64,000 nt of DNA, from positions 11,285 to 75,284 of the forward strand of contig JAFXPH010000007.1 of NCBI GenBank assembly GCA_017528085.1, written 5' to 3'. Made by a program: the position numbers and the translations under genes. Numbering within the stretch: the stretch's first letter is position 1; each line of letters begins with the position of its first letter. Under the pieces are notes generated by a model. It had not been told where the DNA came from. It made no database searches and was given only the letters and a program-made list of their open reading frames with translations. Shown here one piece after another: positions 10,307 to 19,971 of the stretch. The DNA is from Clostridia bacterium. Lineage in GTDB: Bacteria; Bacillota; Clostridia; TANB77; CAG-508.

Positions 10307-11734
10307 ATGAATAAAACACTAATGACTGATTTTTATGAAATTGCAATGGCGCAAACATATTTTGATCAAGGGAAAAAAGATGAAATAGTATATTTTGATA
10401 TATTCTTTAGAAAAAACCCATTTAATGGGGGTTACACAATAAGTGGAGGACTTGACGAAATAATAGATTTTGTTAATAACTTCCATTTTGATGAAGAAGA
10501 TATCAATTATTTAAGAAGTATATATAGTTTTAAAGAAGAATTTTTAGATTACTTAAAAAATTTAAAATTCACAGGTTCAATTTATGCTGTACCAGATGGA
10601 ACAGTTGTGTTTCCACATGAACCAGTCATTACAATAAAAGCTAAAACGATTGAAGCACAAATTTTAGAGACTGCACTTTTAGCATCTTTTAATCATGCTT
10701 CTTTAGTAACTACTATAACAAAAAGAATTACAACAGAAGCTGGAAAAGCTGCTGTAATGGAATTTGGAGCAAGAAGAGCAAGAGGAATAGATTCAGCTAT
10801 AGAAGCTAGTAAATATTCTTATATAGGTGGATGCGTTGGAACAAGTAATGTTCTAGCCGCAAAAAAATATAATATACCTGCACTTGGAACAATGGCTCAT
10901 TCTTTAGTTACAGAAGCAGATGATGAGTATCAAGCATTCTTAAATTTTGCAAAATCAAATCCTGATAATTGTGTTTTTTTAGTAGATACTTATGACACAC
11001 TAAGAATAGGTATTCCAAATGCCATTAGAGTAGCTAAAGACTATTTAGTTCCTAATGGATATAAATTCAAAGGTATAAGAATTGACAGTGGAGATTTAGC
11101 TTATCTATCTAAAGAAGCTAGAAAGATGCTTGATGAAGCAGGATTTAAAGATACTGCAATTTGTTTATCTAATGGATTAGATGAATATACAATAAGAGAT
11201 TTAGTATCTCAAGGAGCATACTTTAATTCTCTTGGTGTAGGAGATAATATTGCTGCATCAAAAGAAAGAGTGGGCGGCGTATATAAACTAGTTGCAGTTG
11301 AAAAAGATGGAGAGATTATTCCAAAAATAAAAGTAAGTAATGATTCAGAAAAAACAATTAATCCAGGATATAAGAAATTATATAGATTTTATGACAAAGA
11401 AACAGGATATGCTTTAGGAGATGTTATAACTACTTACGATGAAGTTATTGATGAAAATGAACCATACATGTTAATAAATCCAGTTGACACATGGAAAAAA
11501 ACAGAACTAAGAAATTTTACAGTAAAAGAACTACATGTGCCAATATTTATTGACGGTGAACAAGTTTATAATATTCCTTCTTTAGATGAAAGAAAGGATT
11601 ATTGTAATAAACAAATGGGTACAATGTATCCAGAAATAAAGAGGATTATAAATCCTCATGTATACTATGTTGATCTATCTGAAAAACTACTAAAACTAAA
11701 GAAAGATTTAATTCATATGTATACAGGAAAATAG
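10307..11734 (+). CDS. pncB: Nicotinate phosphoribosyltransferase
   Basis: I chose the ATG at 10307 (RBS aaagaggaa) over the listed TTG at 10277. The N-terminus LMTDFYEIAMAQTYF and the motifs FGARRARG and GTMAHS are typical of NaPRTase. Confidence 0.9.
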   Translation: MNKTLMTDFYEIAMAQTYFDQGKKDEIVYFDIFFRKNPFNGGYTISGGLDEIIDFVNNFHFDEEDINYLRSIYSFKEEFLDYLKNLKFTGSIYAVPDGTVVFPHEPVITIKAKTIEAQILETALLASFNHASLVTTITKRITTEAGKAAVMEFGARRARGIDSAIEASKYSYIGGCVGTSNVLAAKKYNIPALGTMAHSLVTEADDEYQAFLNFAKSNPDNCVFLVDTYDTLRIGIPNAIRVAKDYLVPNGYKFKGIRIDSGDLAYLSKEARKMLDEAGFKDTAICLSNGLDEYTIRDLVSQGAYFNSLGVGDNIAASKERVGGVYKLVAVEKDGEIIPKIKVSNDSEKTINPGYKKLYRFYDKETGYALGDVITTYDEVIDENEPYMLINPVDTWKKTELRNFTVKELHVPIFIDGEQVYNIPSLDERKDYCNKQMGTMYPEIKRIINPHVYYVDLSEKLLKLKKDLIHMYTGK

Positions 11735-11743
11735 GAGATTTTT

Positions 11744-13057
11744 ATGAGATTTGATGCAAAAAGAGAAGCAGAAAATGTAATTAATTTTGTAAAAGATTAT
11801 TACAAAAAGAATCACCTAAAAGGTGCCGTTATAGGAATTAGTGGCGGAAAAGACAGTGCAGTAGTAGCTGCTATCATGGTTAAAGCCATAGGAAAAGAAA
11901 ATGTCGTTGGTGTCACACTTCCTTGTCACTCAAAAGAAGAAGATAGAAAAGATGCTATTTTAGTTGCAAAACATTATGGAATTGAACTTGTAAATATTGA
12001 TCTTACAAATTCATATGATGCATTTAAAGATGAAATTGAAAAACTTGACATGAAGATTGCTGAAAAAGATTTAGTAAACAGTGATATTAATATCAAACCT
12101 CGTTTGAGAATGAGTGCAGAATACTATTTAGCTGCAATGTATTCATCTTTAAAAGGTGGAACATACTTAGTTATAGGTACATCAAATAAGAGTGAATTAT
12201 ATGTAGGATACTTTACGAAAGGTGGAGATCAAGTTCATGATATTGAAGTTTTGTCAGACTTTACAGTATCAGAAGTAATAAAAATAGGAGAGTATTTAAA
12301 AGTACCAAAGAAAGTACTTTATAAAGCTCCAAGTGATGGTCTTTCTGGTAAAACAGATGAAGATAAACTAGGCGTTACATATGATGATATTGAAAAATAC
12401 ATCTATGCGCAAGAAATGAAAGACTCTGTAAAAGAGAAAATTAGAAAATTACATGATGCTAATAAGCATAAATTTAATATGCCAGCATATAAGAGAAAAA
12501 GAGTTGGTGTATTTGTAGGAACTTTTGATCCTGTTCATAAGGGTCATACACATGTGATTAAATATATATTAGAACACAATATCGTTGATAAAGTAATTGT
12601 TATACCAACAGGTAGTTATTGGAATAAAGCACCAAAAGCTACTACAAAGCAAAGAATAGATATGCTTAAATTTATTGCAAACGATAAAATTGAAATATCT
12701 ACAAAGCTTAATGATATAGAATATACTTATCAAATTATGGAAGAACTTGAAAAAGAGTATCCAATGGATTATTTATATCTAATTATTGGTGCTGATAATA
12801 TCATAAAATTTGATGAGTGGAAAAATGTTAATAAATTATTAGAATATAACATCATTGTTGTAAATAGAGATAATATTAATATCAAGAAATATGTCAATAA
12901 ATTCAATAAAAAAGACAACTTCTTTGTAATTGATAATTTTGATTATGTACCAATTTCATCCACAGAAATAAGACAAAATGTGGATTCTAAAGAAGCTAAA
13001 AAATATCTTGATGAAAGAGTATTAAAGTATATTAAAAATAATAATTTATATAAATAA
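11744..13057 (+). CDS. nadE/nadD: Fusion protein: NH3-dependent NAD+ synthetase (N-terminal) plus nicotinate-nucleotide adenylyltransferase (C-terminal)
   Basis: The N-half has the PP-loop ISGGKDS and GTSNKSELYVGYFTKGGD (NadE). The C-half has GTFDPVHKGH (the HxGH nucleotidyltransferase motif) and ISSTEIR (NadD). It is one uninterrupted ORF. Confidence 0.85.
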   Translation: MRFDAKREAENVINFVKDYYKKNHLKGAVIGISGGKDSAVVAAIMVKAIGKENVVGVTLPCHSKEEDRKDAILVAKHYGIELVNIDLTNSYDAFKDEIEKLDMKIAEKDLVNSDINIKPRLRMSAEYYLAAMYSSLKGGTYLVIGTSNKSELYVGYFTKGGDQVHDIEVLSDFTVSEVIKIGEYLKVPKKVLYKAPSDGLSGKTDEDKLGVTYDDIEKYIYAQEMKDSVKEKIRKLHDANKHKFNMPAYKRKRVGVFVGTFDPVHKGHTHVIKYILEHNIVDKVIVIPTGSYWNKAPKATTKQRIDMLKFIANDKIEISTKLNDIEYTYQIMEELEKEYPMDYLYLIIGADNIIKFDEWKNVNKLLEYNIIVVNRDNINIKKYVNKFNKKDNFFVIDNFDYVPISSTEIRQNVDSKEAKKYLDERVLKYIKNNNLYK

Positions 13058-13068
13058 GGAGTGATAAT

Positions 13069-13572
13069 ATGAGAAAACTTATTTTTTGCATAGCAGTTAT
13101 AGCAGTAGTTGCTATAGTTGGTTATGGCATTTATACTAACAAAATTAGTAAAGATGATCTAATTAATGCTGCAAAATATACAGCAAATGAACTATCAAAT
13201 GAACAAGTTATTGGTGGTGTAAAAAATACAATTAAAGATAGTCTAAGTAATTTAGTACCAGAAAATACAGTAAAGGAAACTAAAAAATATGAACTAAAAG
13301 ATACATTTGGTAGTGGAGAAAAAACTAAGGAAGTAGAAGCAGAAGAGATGGTAATTGGTGAAGGATATGCCGGTGCATCTAACAATGCGTACTACATTAA
13401 AGATGGAAAACTATACCATATGACACTTGACAACTTTAATGAAGAATTATTAGCAGAAAATGTTGAGAATTTAGTTTCTGAAGGCGGAGAAATCACAGTT
13501 GTTAAAAAAGACGGATTTAAACTTGTAAAAGAACATCCAGTTATAACATATATAGATAAAGAAGGAGAGTAA
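13069..13572 (+). CDS. Hypothetical membrane-anchored protein
   Basis: RBS aaggag and one N-terminal TM; no recognised motif. Confidence 0.5.
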   Translation: MRKLIFCIAVIAVVAIVGYGIYTNKISKDDLINAAKYTANELSNEQVIGGVKNTIKDSLSNLVPENTVKETKKYELKDTFGSGEKTKEVEAEEMVIGEGYAGASNNAYYIKDGKLYHMTLDNFNEELLAENVENLVSEGGEITVVKKDGFKLVKEHPVITYIDKEGE

Positions 13573-13573
13573 T

Positions 13574-13987
13574 ATGGAAGAAAAACAAAATGAAGTAAAA
13601 GAAAGAAGAATTCAGGCCTCTGAAGCAGGAGAATTTATGATTGGAATTTTACTTTTAGCTGCCGGTTTATTTATGCTAGCAAATAAAGTAAGAGTATCAA
13701 CAGGATGGTATGGACTTTCATTTGGAGGATTTAATGTTTCATCTGGTGTAGTTACTATACCATTAATACTTGGCGTAATATGGCACACAATTACTCCAAA
13801 AAGATTTGCACCAAAACTATTAATAGTTTTGGGAACATTATTTATTGTTGTTTCTATAATAATGAGTGTAAGACTTACAATGATATCAGCAACACTTTTT
13901 GAATACATTGTAATGTTCTTCCTTATGGCAATAGGAACAGGTTTAATAATCAAAACAGTATTTACTAATCCTAAAGAGGAAAAATAA
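13574..13987 (+). CDS. Hypothetical polytopic membrane protein
   Basis: Begins 1 nt after the upstream stop and has about four hydrophobic helices. The antisense ORF 13612..13953 is its mirror artefact. Confidence 0.5.
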   Translation: MEEKQNEVKERRIQASEAGEFMIGILLLAAGLFMLANKVRVSTGWYGLSFGGFNVSSGVVTIPLILGVIWHTITPKRFAPKLLIVLGTLFIVVSIIMSVRLTMISATLFEYIVMFFLMAIGTGLIIKTVFTNPKEEK

Positions 13988-14034
13988 AAAGATGGCTAAA
14001 AAGCCATCTTTTTTATTTACATTATTGGTCCTTT

Positions 14035-15918
14035 TTATTTTCGATTTTTCTTGTTTCTTAAGTAAAGGATTGTAGCATATTCATGTTTACAAAGTGTAGT
14101 GCATGGACATGTACAGTCCATTTTTTGAACTACATTATCATTGTCAACTTTTATATGAACTTCATATTCTAAATCAAAGTTTGATCCTTGAACATAAGCA
14201 GTATACAAATTTTTTGATTTTATACAAGATAAAACCATGTCTGAAATAAAGTAATCATTTCCTCTATATTTGATTTCTGATGTAAATAAATCATCAAGTT
14301 TTGAATCAAATAAAGAAATATTAATTAAGTTTTCTGTATCTTCTTCATTTACAAATATTTCTGGTTCTTTGTAATTTGATAAGTCCTCATTTATTTTTAA
14401 GAAAGCATTTAATTGCTCTTTATAAGATTTAATCATTTCTTTCTTTTGAAGCTCTTTTACAGCAGCTTTAATCTCTTTTGGAAGACTTGTAAACATTATT
14501 CCTTTTATTTTCATCCAATTAAATATTGCTTTAATAGCAGCATTTCTTGGATACATTAGTTTTGATTTTAAACCTGCAATAATAATCTTGTTTCCGACTA
14601 GTGGATACTCATAAAGCAATTGAATATTGCTTAGTAAGTTTTGATAATATGGATTTTTGGAATTCATAATTGGTTCAGGGTCTGAATAATTATCTTCAAA
14701 GAATTCATCAGGTATTTCTTCTAGTAGTTTTATAGCTTTATCTTTATAATCTTCTGATTCAAGAAGAGTTTCTAAGTAATAATGTTTACTAAATGGATCT
14801 TTTTTATACCATCTATAAATATCATCATATAGATCTTTAAAACCAATCTCTTCAATTACATATAAAGCTTTTCTAGCTATTTCTTCATCACTACTTGCAA
14901 TACCTTTTTCAACAACAGATTTTACTTTTGGAGTATTTAATAAATCTATTATTCTTTGCTTGATTTTTTCACCATCTTTAATATGTTCTTGATCTTCATC
15001 AATGAACTTGATAAGCATTATTGGAACATCGTAGTATTCGATGTTATTTATTCTCTTTTCAAATTGATTAATATAATTATTTGCGATTTCTAGATAGTTA
15101 TTTAATCCAGATAATGTTTTAAGTGGACTAGATGTATCTAAAAGACCAGACATAATGATATTTACACCATTAAATTCTTCATCAGAAAGTTCTTCTCTTG
15201 CTAAAACATCTTCTAAATCAATTAGTTTTGCAACAACATATGCTGTGTAGAATATTCCAACAGAGTTTTGGCAACCATTACAGATAAGCCATTCTCTAAT
15301 ATTCTCATTTTCTGGTTTTAGAGAAAGAAGTAGATGGATTTTACCCCAACCATTTACTTTCTTAATTAGCATATATCTAATATCATTTGAATTTTCGATA
15401 CTATCTAAAACAAAGTTTGCATATAATGTAAATTCATCACAAAGTGCAAATATTTGAACAAGTCTTAAAAGGTCTTGGTCATCTGAAATGTTAACAAGAC
15501 TAAGAAGTGATAGGCCAAGCTTAACAAGCTCAACATTTGTTGTTTCGCAAGTGATTTTTATTATGAATAATAGCATAAGATTGATTTGAAGCTTTCCTTG
15601 ATCTTCTCTTATGATATTAAGAATTTCATCAATATTTGGGAACAATTTTACATCATTTTCTCGAATGTACTTGTCTAGTTTTTCAGCAATAATATCAATA
15701 TCGTTTTGAGTCTTGATATCATAAATCATATCAATTATCTCATTAATTACTTCTTCATCTGGAGCAATTTGAGTATGAAAATACATGATTCCATCTTCGG
15801 CACCATCAGCAAAAAGAAGTGATGAATGATTTGATTTATACTTGTTTAGAGAAAAATCATAATCTAAAGTTCCGTTTTTTCTAATGTTTCTTTCGATATA
15901 ATTTAGTATATTTTCCAT
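14035..15918 (-). CDS. Large helical-repeat protein with C-terminal SWIM-type zinc finger
   Basis: The C-terminus CTCPCTTLCKHEYA fits the SWIM pattern CxCx(n)CxH. The rest is all-helical and repeat-like. Confidence 0.65.
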   Translation of the reverse strand: MENILNYIERNIRKNGTLDYDFSLNKYKSNHSSLLFADGAEDGIMYFHTQIAPDEEVINEIIDMIYDIKTQNDIDIIAEKLDKYIRENDVKLFPNIDEILNIIREDQGKLQINLMLLFIIKITCETTNVELVKLGLSLLSLVNISDDQDLLRLVQIFALCDEFTLYANFVLDSIENSNDIRYMLIKKVNGWGKIHLLLSLKPENENIREWLICNGCQNSVGIFYTAYVVAKLIDLEDVLAREELSDEEFNGVNIIMSGLLDTSSPLKTLSGLNNYLEIANNYINQFEKRINNIEYYDVPIMLIKFIDEDQEHIKDGEKIKQRIIDLLNTPKVKSVVEKGIASSDEEIARKALYVIEEIGFKDLYDDIYRWYKKDPFSKHYYLETLLESEDYKDKAIKLLEEIPDEFFEDNYSDPEPIMNSKNPYYQNLLSNIQLLYEYPLVGNKIIIAGLKSKLMYPRNAAIKAIFNWMKIKGIMFTSLPKEIKAAVKELQKKEMIKSYKEQLNAFLKINEDLSNYKEPEIFVNEEDTENLINISLFDSKLDDLFTSEIKYRGNDYFISDMVLSCIKSKNLYTAYVQGSNFDLEYEVHIKVDNDNVVQKMDCTCPCTTLCKHEYATILYLRNKKNRK

Positions 15919-16066
15919 AGTACCCCTTAAAATTTTTGTTTTTTCTACAAAACATTATATCAATAATAAAAATTTTTTAAAGACAAACTTAAAATAAAAT
16001 TGATTTATAATATTATTGTTAAATAAAAAAATCTGTGATAAAGTAGTTTTCAAAGAAGGTGAGAAA

Positions 16067-16519
16067 ATGTTTGGATTTTTAAAGAAAAATAAAGAAAAAG
16101 AAAATCCTGTTTTAAAAGAAGATGATGATCTTTTAGTAAAAGGAAAATCAAGATATGTTTGTACTTTAAATAAGTATTTAGCTCAAGAGTGTGAACTTCA
16201 TTTTAAAAAAGATGAATTGGTTTGTAGATTTGAAGATAATGATAAATTAGTTATTAAGTATGAACAGATGGCTGACTGTGGTAAGATAGCCAATACTCAA
16301 GCTGATATGAAAAGAGCTATAGATAGTAAAATACTATCTCAAAATGTAATGAGCTCACAAGGATTCTTAGCAGGGGGATTTTATACATTAACAAATGATG
16401 CAAAAGTATTTTTATATATTAAGTTTAAAGATGAGCTAAATGTAAATATAGTCCACACATTTTTAGTTGAATTTAATGATGGAGTAGAAAAGGCATTAAA
16501 AATAATGAATAGAAGATAG
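16067..16519 (+). CDS. Hypothetical protein
   Basis: I preferred the ATG at 16067 (RBS gaaggtgag) to the listed TTG at 16016. No motif recognised. Confidence 0.45.
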   Translation: MFGFLKKNKEKENPVLKEDDDLLVKGKSRYVCTLNKYLAQECELHFKKDELVCRFEDNDKLVIKYEQMADCGKIANTQADMKRAIDSKILSQNVMSSQGFLAGGFYTLTNDAKVFLYIKFKDELNVNIVHTFLVEFNDGVEKALKIMNRR

Positions 16520-16528
16520 GAGAATAAT

Positions 16529-17287
16529 ATGAAATTAGTATCATGGAACGTAGCTGGATTTAGAGCATGTCTAAAAAAAGGCTTTGAAGACTTTTTTAGT
16601 AGCAATAATGCAGATGTATATTGTCTTCAAGAAGTTAAAGCAGAAAAAGAAGAGATTCCATTTAATCCAGAAGGATATCATTTTTACTTAAATACAGCAG
16701 ATAAAAAAGGATATTCTGGAACAGCAATTTATTCAAAAAAAGAGCCTATAAGTGTTACTTATGGAATGGGAATAGATGAGCATGATCATGAAGGTAGAAT
16801 AATAACTGTTGAATATGAAGATTTTTATCTAGTAAATGAATATGTTCCAAATGTTAAAAGAGATTTATCTAGATTAGACTATAGAATGGTTTGGGAAGAA
16901 GATTTTAAAAAATATCTTAAAAAACTAGAAGAAAAGAAACCAGTAATTGTTTGCGGTGATTTTAATGTAGCTCATGAAGAGATAGATATTAAAAATGCAA
17001 AGGCAAATAGAGGAAATGCTGGATTTACAGATGAAGAACGAGATAAATTCACAAAACTTTTAGAAAGTGGATTTGTAGATACTTTTAGATATTATAATCC
17101 AGACAAAAAAGACATGTATTCTTGGTGGAGTTATATGGGAAAAGCAAGAGAAAAGAATGTAGGATGGAGAATTGATTATTTTATTACTTCAAAATCAATA
17201 ATAGATAAAGTTAAAAATCCAGAGATATACATGGATGTATTTGGAAGTGATCATTGTCCAATCGGAATAGATATTGATTTAAAATAA
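16529..17287 (+). CDS. xth: Exodeoxyribonuclease III
   Basis: MKLVSWNVAGFRA, LQEVK, GDFNVAHEEIDI and SDHCPI are the canonical EEP/ExoIII motifs. Confidence 0.92.
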   Translation: MKLVSWNVAGFRACLKKGFEDFFSSNNADVYCLQEVKAEKEEIPFNPEGYHFYLNTADKKGYSGTAIYSKKEPISVTYGMGIDEHDHEGRIITVEYEDFYLVNEYVPNVKRDLSRLDYRMVWEEDFKKYLKKLEEKKPVIVCGDFNVAHEEIDIKNAKANRGNAGFTDEERDKFTKLLESGFVDTFRYYNPDKKDMYSWWSYMGKAREKNVGWRIDYFITSKSIIDKVKNPEIYMDVFGSDHCPIGIDIDLK

Positions 17288-17415
17288 AAAAGAGCGCCTA
17301 ACTGATGTTAGGCGCTTTGTTGTATTTATGAGGAAAAACAACAATTTTACTCCTTTTAGTAATATTTGACGGTAGATAATATTACTATCTAGAGTAAACT
17401 TAAAAACTTTTTTGG

Positions 17416-17454
17416 ATAAATAAACAACTAATAACCCAACAGTTGTTTATTTAT
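17416..17454. promoter_or_regulatory. 14-bp perfect palindrome overlapping the predicted -35 of the TetR gene (candidate operator)
   Basis: ataaataaacaact-(11 nt)-agttgtttatttat. The right arm contains TTGTTT, which sits 17 nt upstream of TATAAT (17466..17471). Confidence 0.4.
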
Positions 17455-17530
17455 TAAAAATATATTATAATACTTTAAACGAAAATTCAACAAACAAACA
17501 ACATCAAAGTGTTGGGTTAATGGAGGTTTT

Positions 17531-18097
17531 ATGAATACTTTTAATAATAAAAGAAAAAGAGATTCTATTGAAAAAATAAAAAATGCTCTTTTAAATTTAC
17601 TTAGAACTAATGAAATAGAAGATATTACAGTTACTATGATATGCCAAGAAGCAAAAATCAATAGGTCAACATTCTATGCAAATTACGAAAATATGCAAGA
17701 ACTTATAAAAGATTTAGGAAGTTATGTACAAGAAACTGTAAAAGAATTATATCAATTTGATAAAGAAGACCAAGCGCATGGATTAATTAATGTTGGTAAA
17801 TTGCTAAAATATATTTATAAAAATCCAAAAATTTATAGTACTTTTTATAAATTAGGCTATGACAAGCTATGTTGTGTTACAAAAGAAGATTTAAAAAATG
17901 AAATAGTATTAAAACTATATGAAGGAAAATATATAGAATACCATGTACTTTTCTTTACAGCAGGTTTTAATGCTGTAATTAAAAGATGGATGGATACTGG
18001 ATTAAAAGAAACACCTGAAGAAATTGAAAAAATAATTTTATCAGAATATAAAGATCAATTTGAAAAATTATTTAAAACAGGCGAAGAAAAATCTTAA
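17531..18097 (+). CDS. TetR/AcrR-family transcriptional regulator
   Basis: N-terminal HTH pattern ITVTMICQEAKINRSTFYANY; about 190 aa and helical. Confidence 0.8.
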   Translation: MNTFNNKRKRDSIEKIKNALLNLLRTNEIEDITVTMICQEAKINRSTFYANYENMQELIKDLGSYVQETVKELYQFDKEDQAHGLINVGKLLKYIYKNPKIYSTFYKLGYDKLCCVTKEDLKNEIVLKLYEGKYIEYHVLFFTAGFNAVIKRWMDTGLKETPEEIEKIILSEYKDQFEKLFKTGEEKS

Positions 18098-18147
18098 AAT
18101 TGTGGTATAATGTAGTCGTATTTTGAATTATTAATGGAGGAAGTAAA

Positions 18148-18945
18148 ATGAAAAAGATTAAAACTATCGGAATAATAATTCTAGTAATAATTATTCTTAT
18201 GGCAATTTCTAGTATATTTGTTACAGTTCCAACAGGATTTGTTGGAGTTAAAACTAGATTTGGAAAAGCTCAAGAAGGACATGTTGAAGAAGGACTTAAT
18301 ATTCAATTACCATTTATTGAAAGAATTGTTAGAATTGATTGTAGAACAAAGAAAATTGAATCTACATCAGAAGCTTCAACTAAAGACCTACAAACAGTAT
18401 CAACAAGTATAGCTGTCAACTATAATGTTAACAAAGATACAGCAACTAAACTATATAGAGAAGTTGGTGTAGAGTATGAAAACATTATTATAGCACCAGC
18501 AATTCTAGAAGCAATAAAATCAGCAATGGCTCAATATACAGCAGAAGAATTAATCACAAAAAGAAGCGATGTTTCAAATGAAATTCAAGAATCTTTAATT
18601 GAAAAAATTGAAGATAAAGGATTTACAGTATCAGAGTTTAATATTACAAATATTGATTTCTCTCCTGAATATGATCAAGCAATTGAAGCTAAAGCTGTAA
18701 AACAACAAGAAGTTGTTGCAGCTAGAGCAGAACTTGAAAAACAACAAATTCAAAACGAAAAAGAAATATCAATAGCAGAGAAAAATGCTAAGGTAATGGA
18801 ATTACAAAATTCTCAAATTACAGATAATACTTTAAGACTTAAAAAATTAGAAGTTATGCAAGATTTCATTGAAAAGTGGAATGGAATTCTTCCTGATACA
18901 ATGCTAAGTGAAAGTGCAGATACATTCTTTGATATAACAGATTAA
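18148..18945 (+). CDS. SPFH/band-7 (prohibitin-like) membrane protein
   Basis: N-terminal TM followed by an SPFH core (VPTGFVGVKTRFGK...) and a C-terminal coiled coil. Confidence 0.85.
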   Translation: MKKIKTIGIIILVIIILMAISSIFVTVPTGFVGVKTRFGKAQEGHVEEGLNIQLPFIERIVRIDCRTKKIESTSEASTKDLQTVSTSIAVNYNVNKDTATKLYREVGVEYENIIIAPAILEAIKSAMAQYTAEELITKRSDVSNEIQESLIEKIEDKGFTVSEFNITNIDFSPEYDQAIEAKAVKQQEVVAARAELEKQQIQNEKEISIAEKNAKVMELQNSQITDNTLRLKKLEVMQDFIEKWNGILPDTMLSESADTFFDITD

Positions 18946-19049
18946 AAAAAGAGCTCTAAAAGAGCTCTTTTCTTTATGCTTTTTTATTGAAAATGAATTA
19001 GTTTAAGGTTATAATAACAAACATATTAAATATTTATAGGAGGTTTTTT

Positions 19050-19469
19050 ATGGACAAATACAAAACTATAAGACCCATTGTACTCGGAATTATTGAAAGG
19101 GACGGCAAAATTCTTGTAGATAATGGCTATGATTCCGTTAAAGACCAGCATTTTTATAGATGTTTAGGAGGAGGGATAGAGTTTTTAGAAAAAAGTGACG
19201 AAGCTTTAAAAAGAGAATTCAAAGAAGAACTTGATGTAGATATCGAAGTAGGAAAATTCTTAGGAATCTCTGAAAACATTTTTAACTACGAAGGAAAAGA
19301 TGCTCATGAGCTTGTACTTTTCTATAGTGCAAAACTAAAAGATGAAGACTATAAAGATAGTTACGTAAAACTTGATGATGATAAACAAAGAATCACTTGG
19401 GAAGATAAGAAAGACTTTATAGAGAAAAAGAAAATAATCTATCCAGAAATAGTAATTGATTATTTATAA
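19050..19469 (+). CDS. NUDIX hydrolase
   Basis: Nudix box GGGIEFLEKSDEALKREFKEELD (GX5EX7REUXEEXGU-like). Confidence 0.8.
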   Translation: MDKYKTIRPIVLGIIERDGKILVDNGYDSVKDQHFYRCLGGGIEFLEKSDEALKREFKEELDVDIEVGKFLGISENIFNYEGKDAHELVLFYSAKLKDEDYKDSYVKLDDDKQRITWEDKKDFIEKKKIIYPEIVIDYL

Positions 19470-19505
19470 AATAGTTAAGGGTTTCATTTAATGAAACCCT
19501 TTTGT

Positions 19506-19534
19506 TTTACAAAAAAATCAAAATGTGCTATAAT
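19506..19534 (+). promoter_or_regulatory. Sigma-A-type promoter TTTACA-17-TATAAT with TG extension
   Basis: tttaca (19506..19511), a 17-nt spacer ending in tgc, then tataat (19529..19534). Confidence 0.5.
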
Positions 19535-19597
19535 AATAAGGCTTTTTAAGCACTTATACGTATGATGCATATTGCATAGAATGTAGAGGAGGAATGT

Positions 19598-19774
19598 ATG
19601 AGTTTAAAACACGCAATTTACATGTCTAAGATGCGGGCGTTAGAAGCAGCTAAAGTAGCCACCAAGAATCTTGATAAGAAACTTGATGAGATGGCCGAAA
19701 AAAACGCTGCAAAAAAAGACCAGAAGAAGACAATTGCACCAAGAGGAATGAGATGTCATAGATTGCCACAGTAA
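19598..19774 (+). CDS. Unlisted 58-aa lysine-rich ORF (below the ORF-track cutoff)
   Basis: My own translation is MSLKHAIYMSKMRALEAAKVATKNLDKKLDEMAEKNAAKKDQKKTIAPRGMRCHRLPQ. RBS agaggagg lies 6 nt upstream, the promoter above precedes it, and two hairpins (the second with a T-run, 19813..19850) follow it. Confidence 0.4.
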   Translation: MSLKHAIYMSKMRALEAAKVATKNLDKKLDEMAEKNAAKKDQKKTIAPRGMRCHRLPQ

Positions 19775-19895
19775 TCATATGATCCTCAAACGTTAAGCGG
19801 TTAACGCTTAAAAAAGGAACCCAGCGAGGTTCCTTTTATTTTTTTATTTATAAAAATTAAAAAAAATAGCCGATTTTTTAAAAACCGGCTTAGTT

Positions 19896-19971
19896 TGGTT
19901 GCGGAGGTAAGACTCGAACTTACGACCTCTGGGTTATGAGCCCAACGAGCTGCCAACTGCTCTACTCCGCG
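19896..19971 (-). tRNA. Initiator tRNA-fMet (anticodon CAT)
   Basis: The reverse complement is CGCGGAG...CTCCGCAACCA, with a C1:A72 mismatch, three G:C pairs closing the anticodon stem (GGG-CTCATAA-CCC) and T-loop TTCGAGT; 76 nt. Confidence 0.88.
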
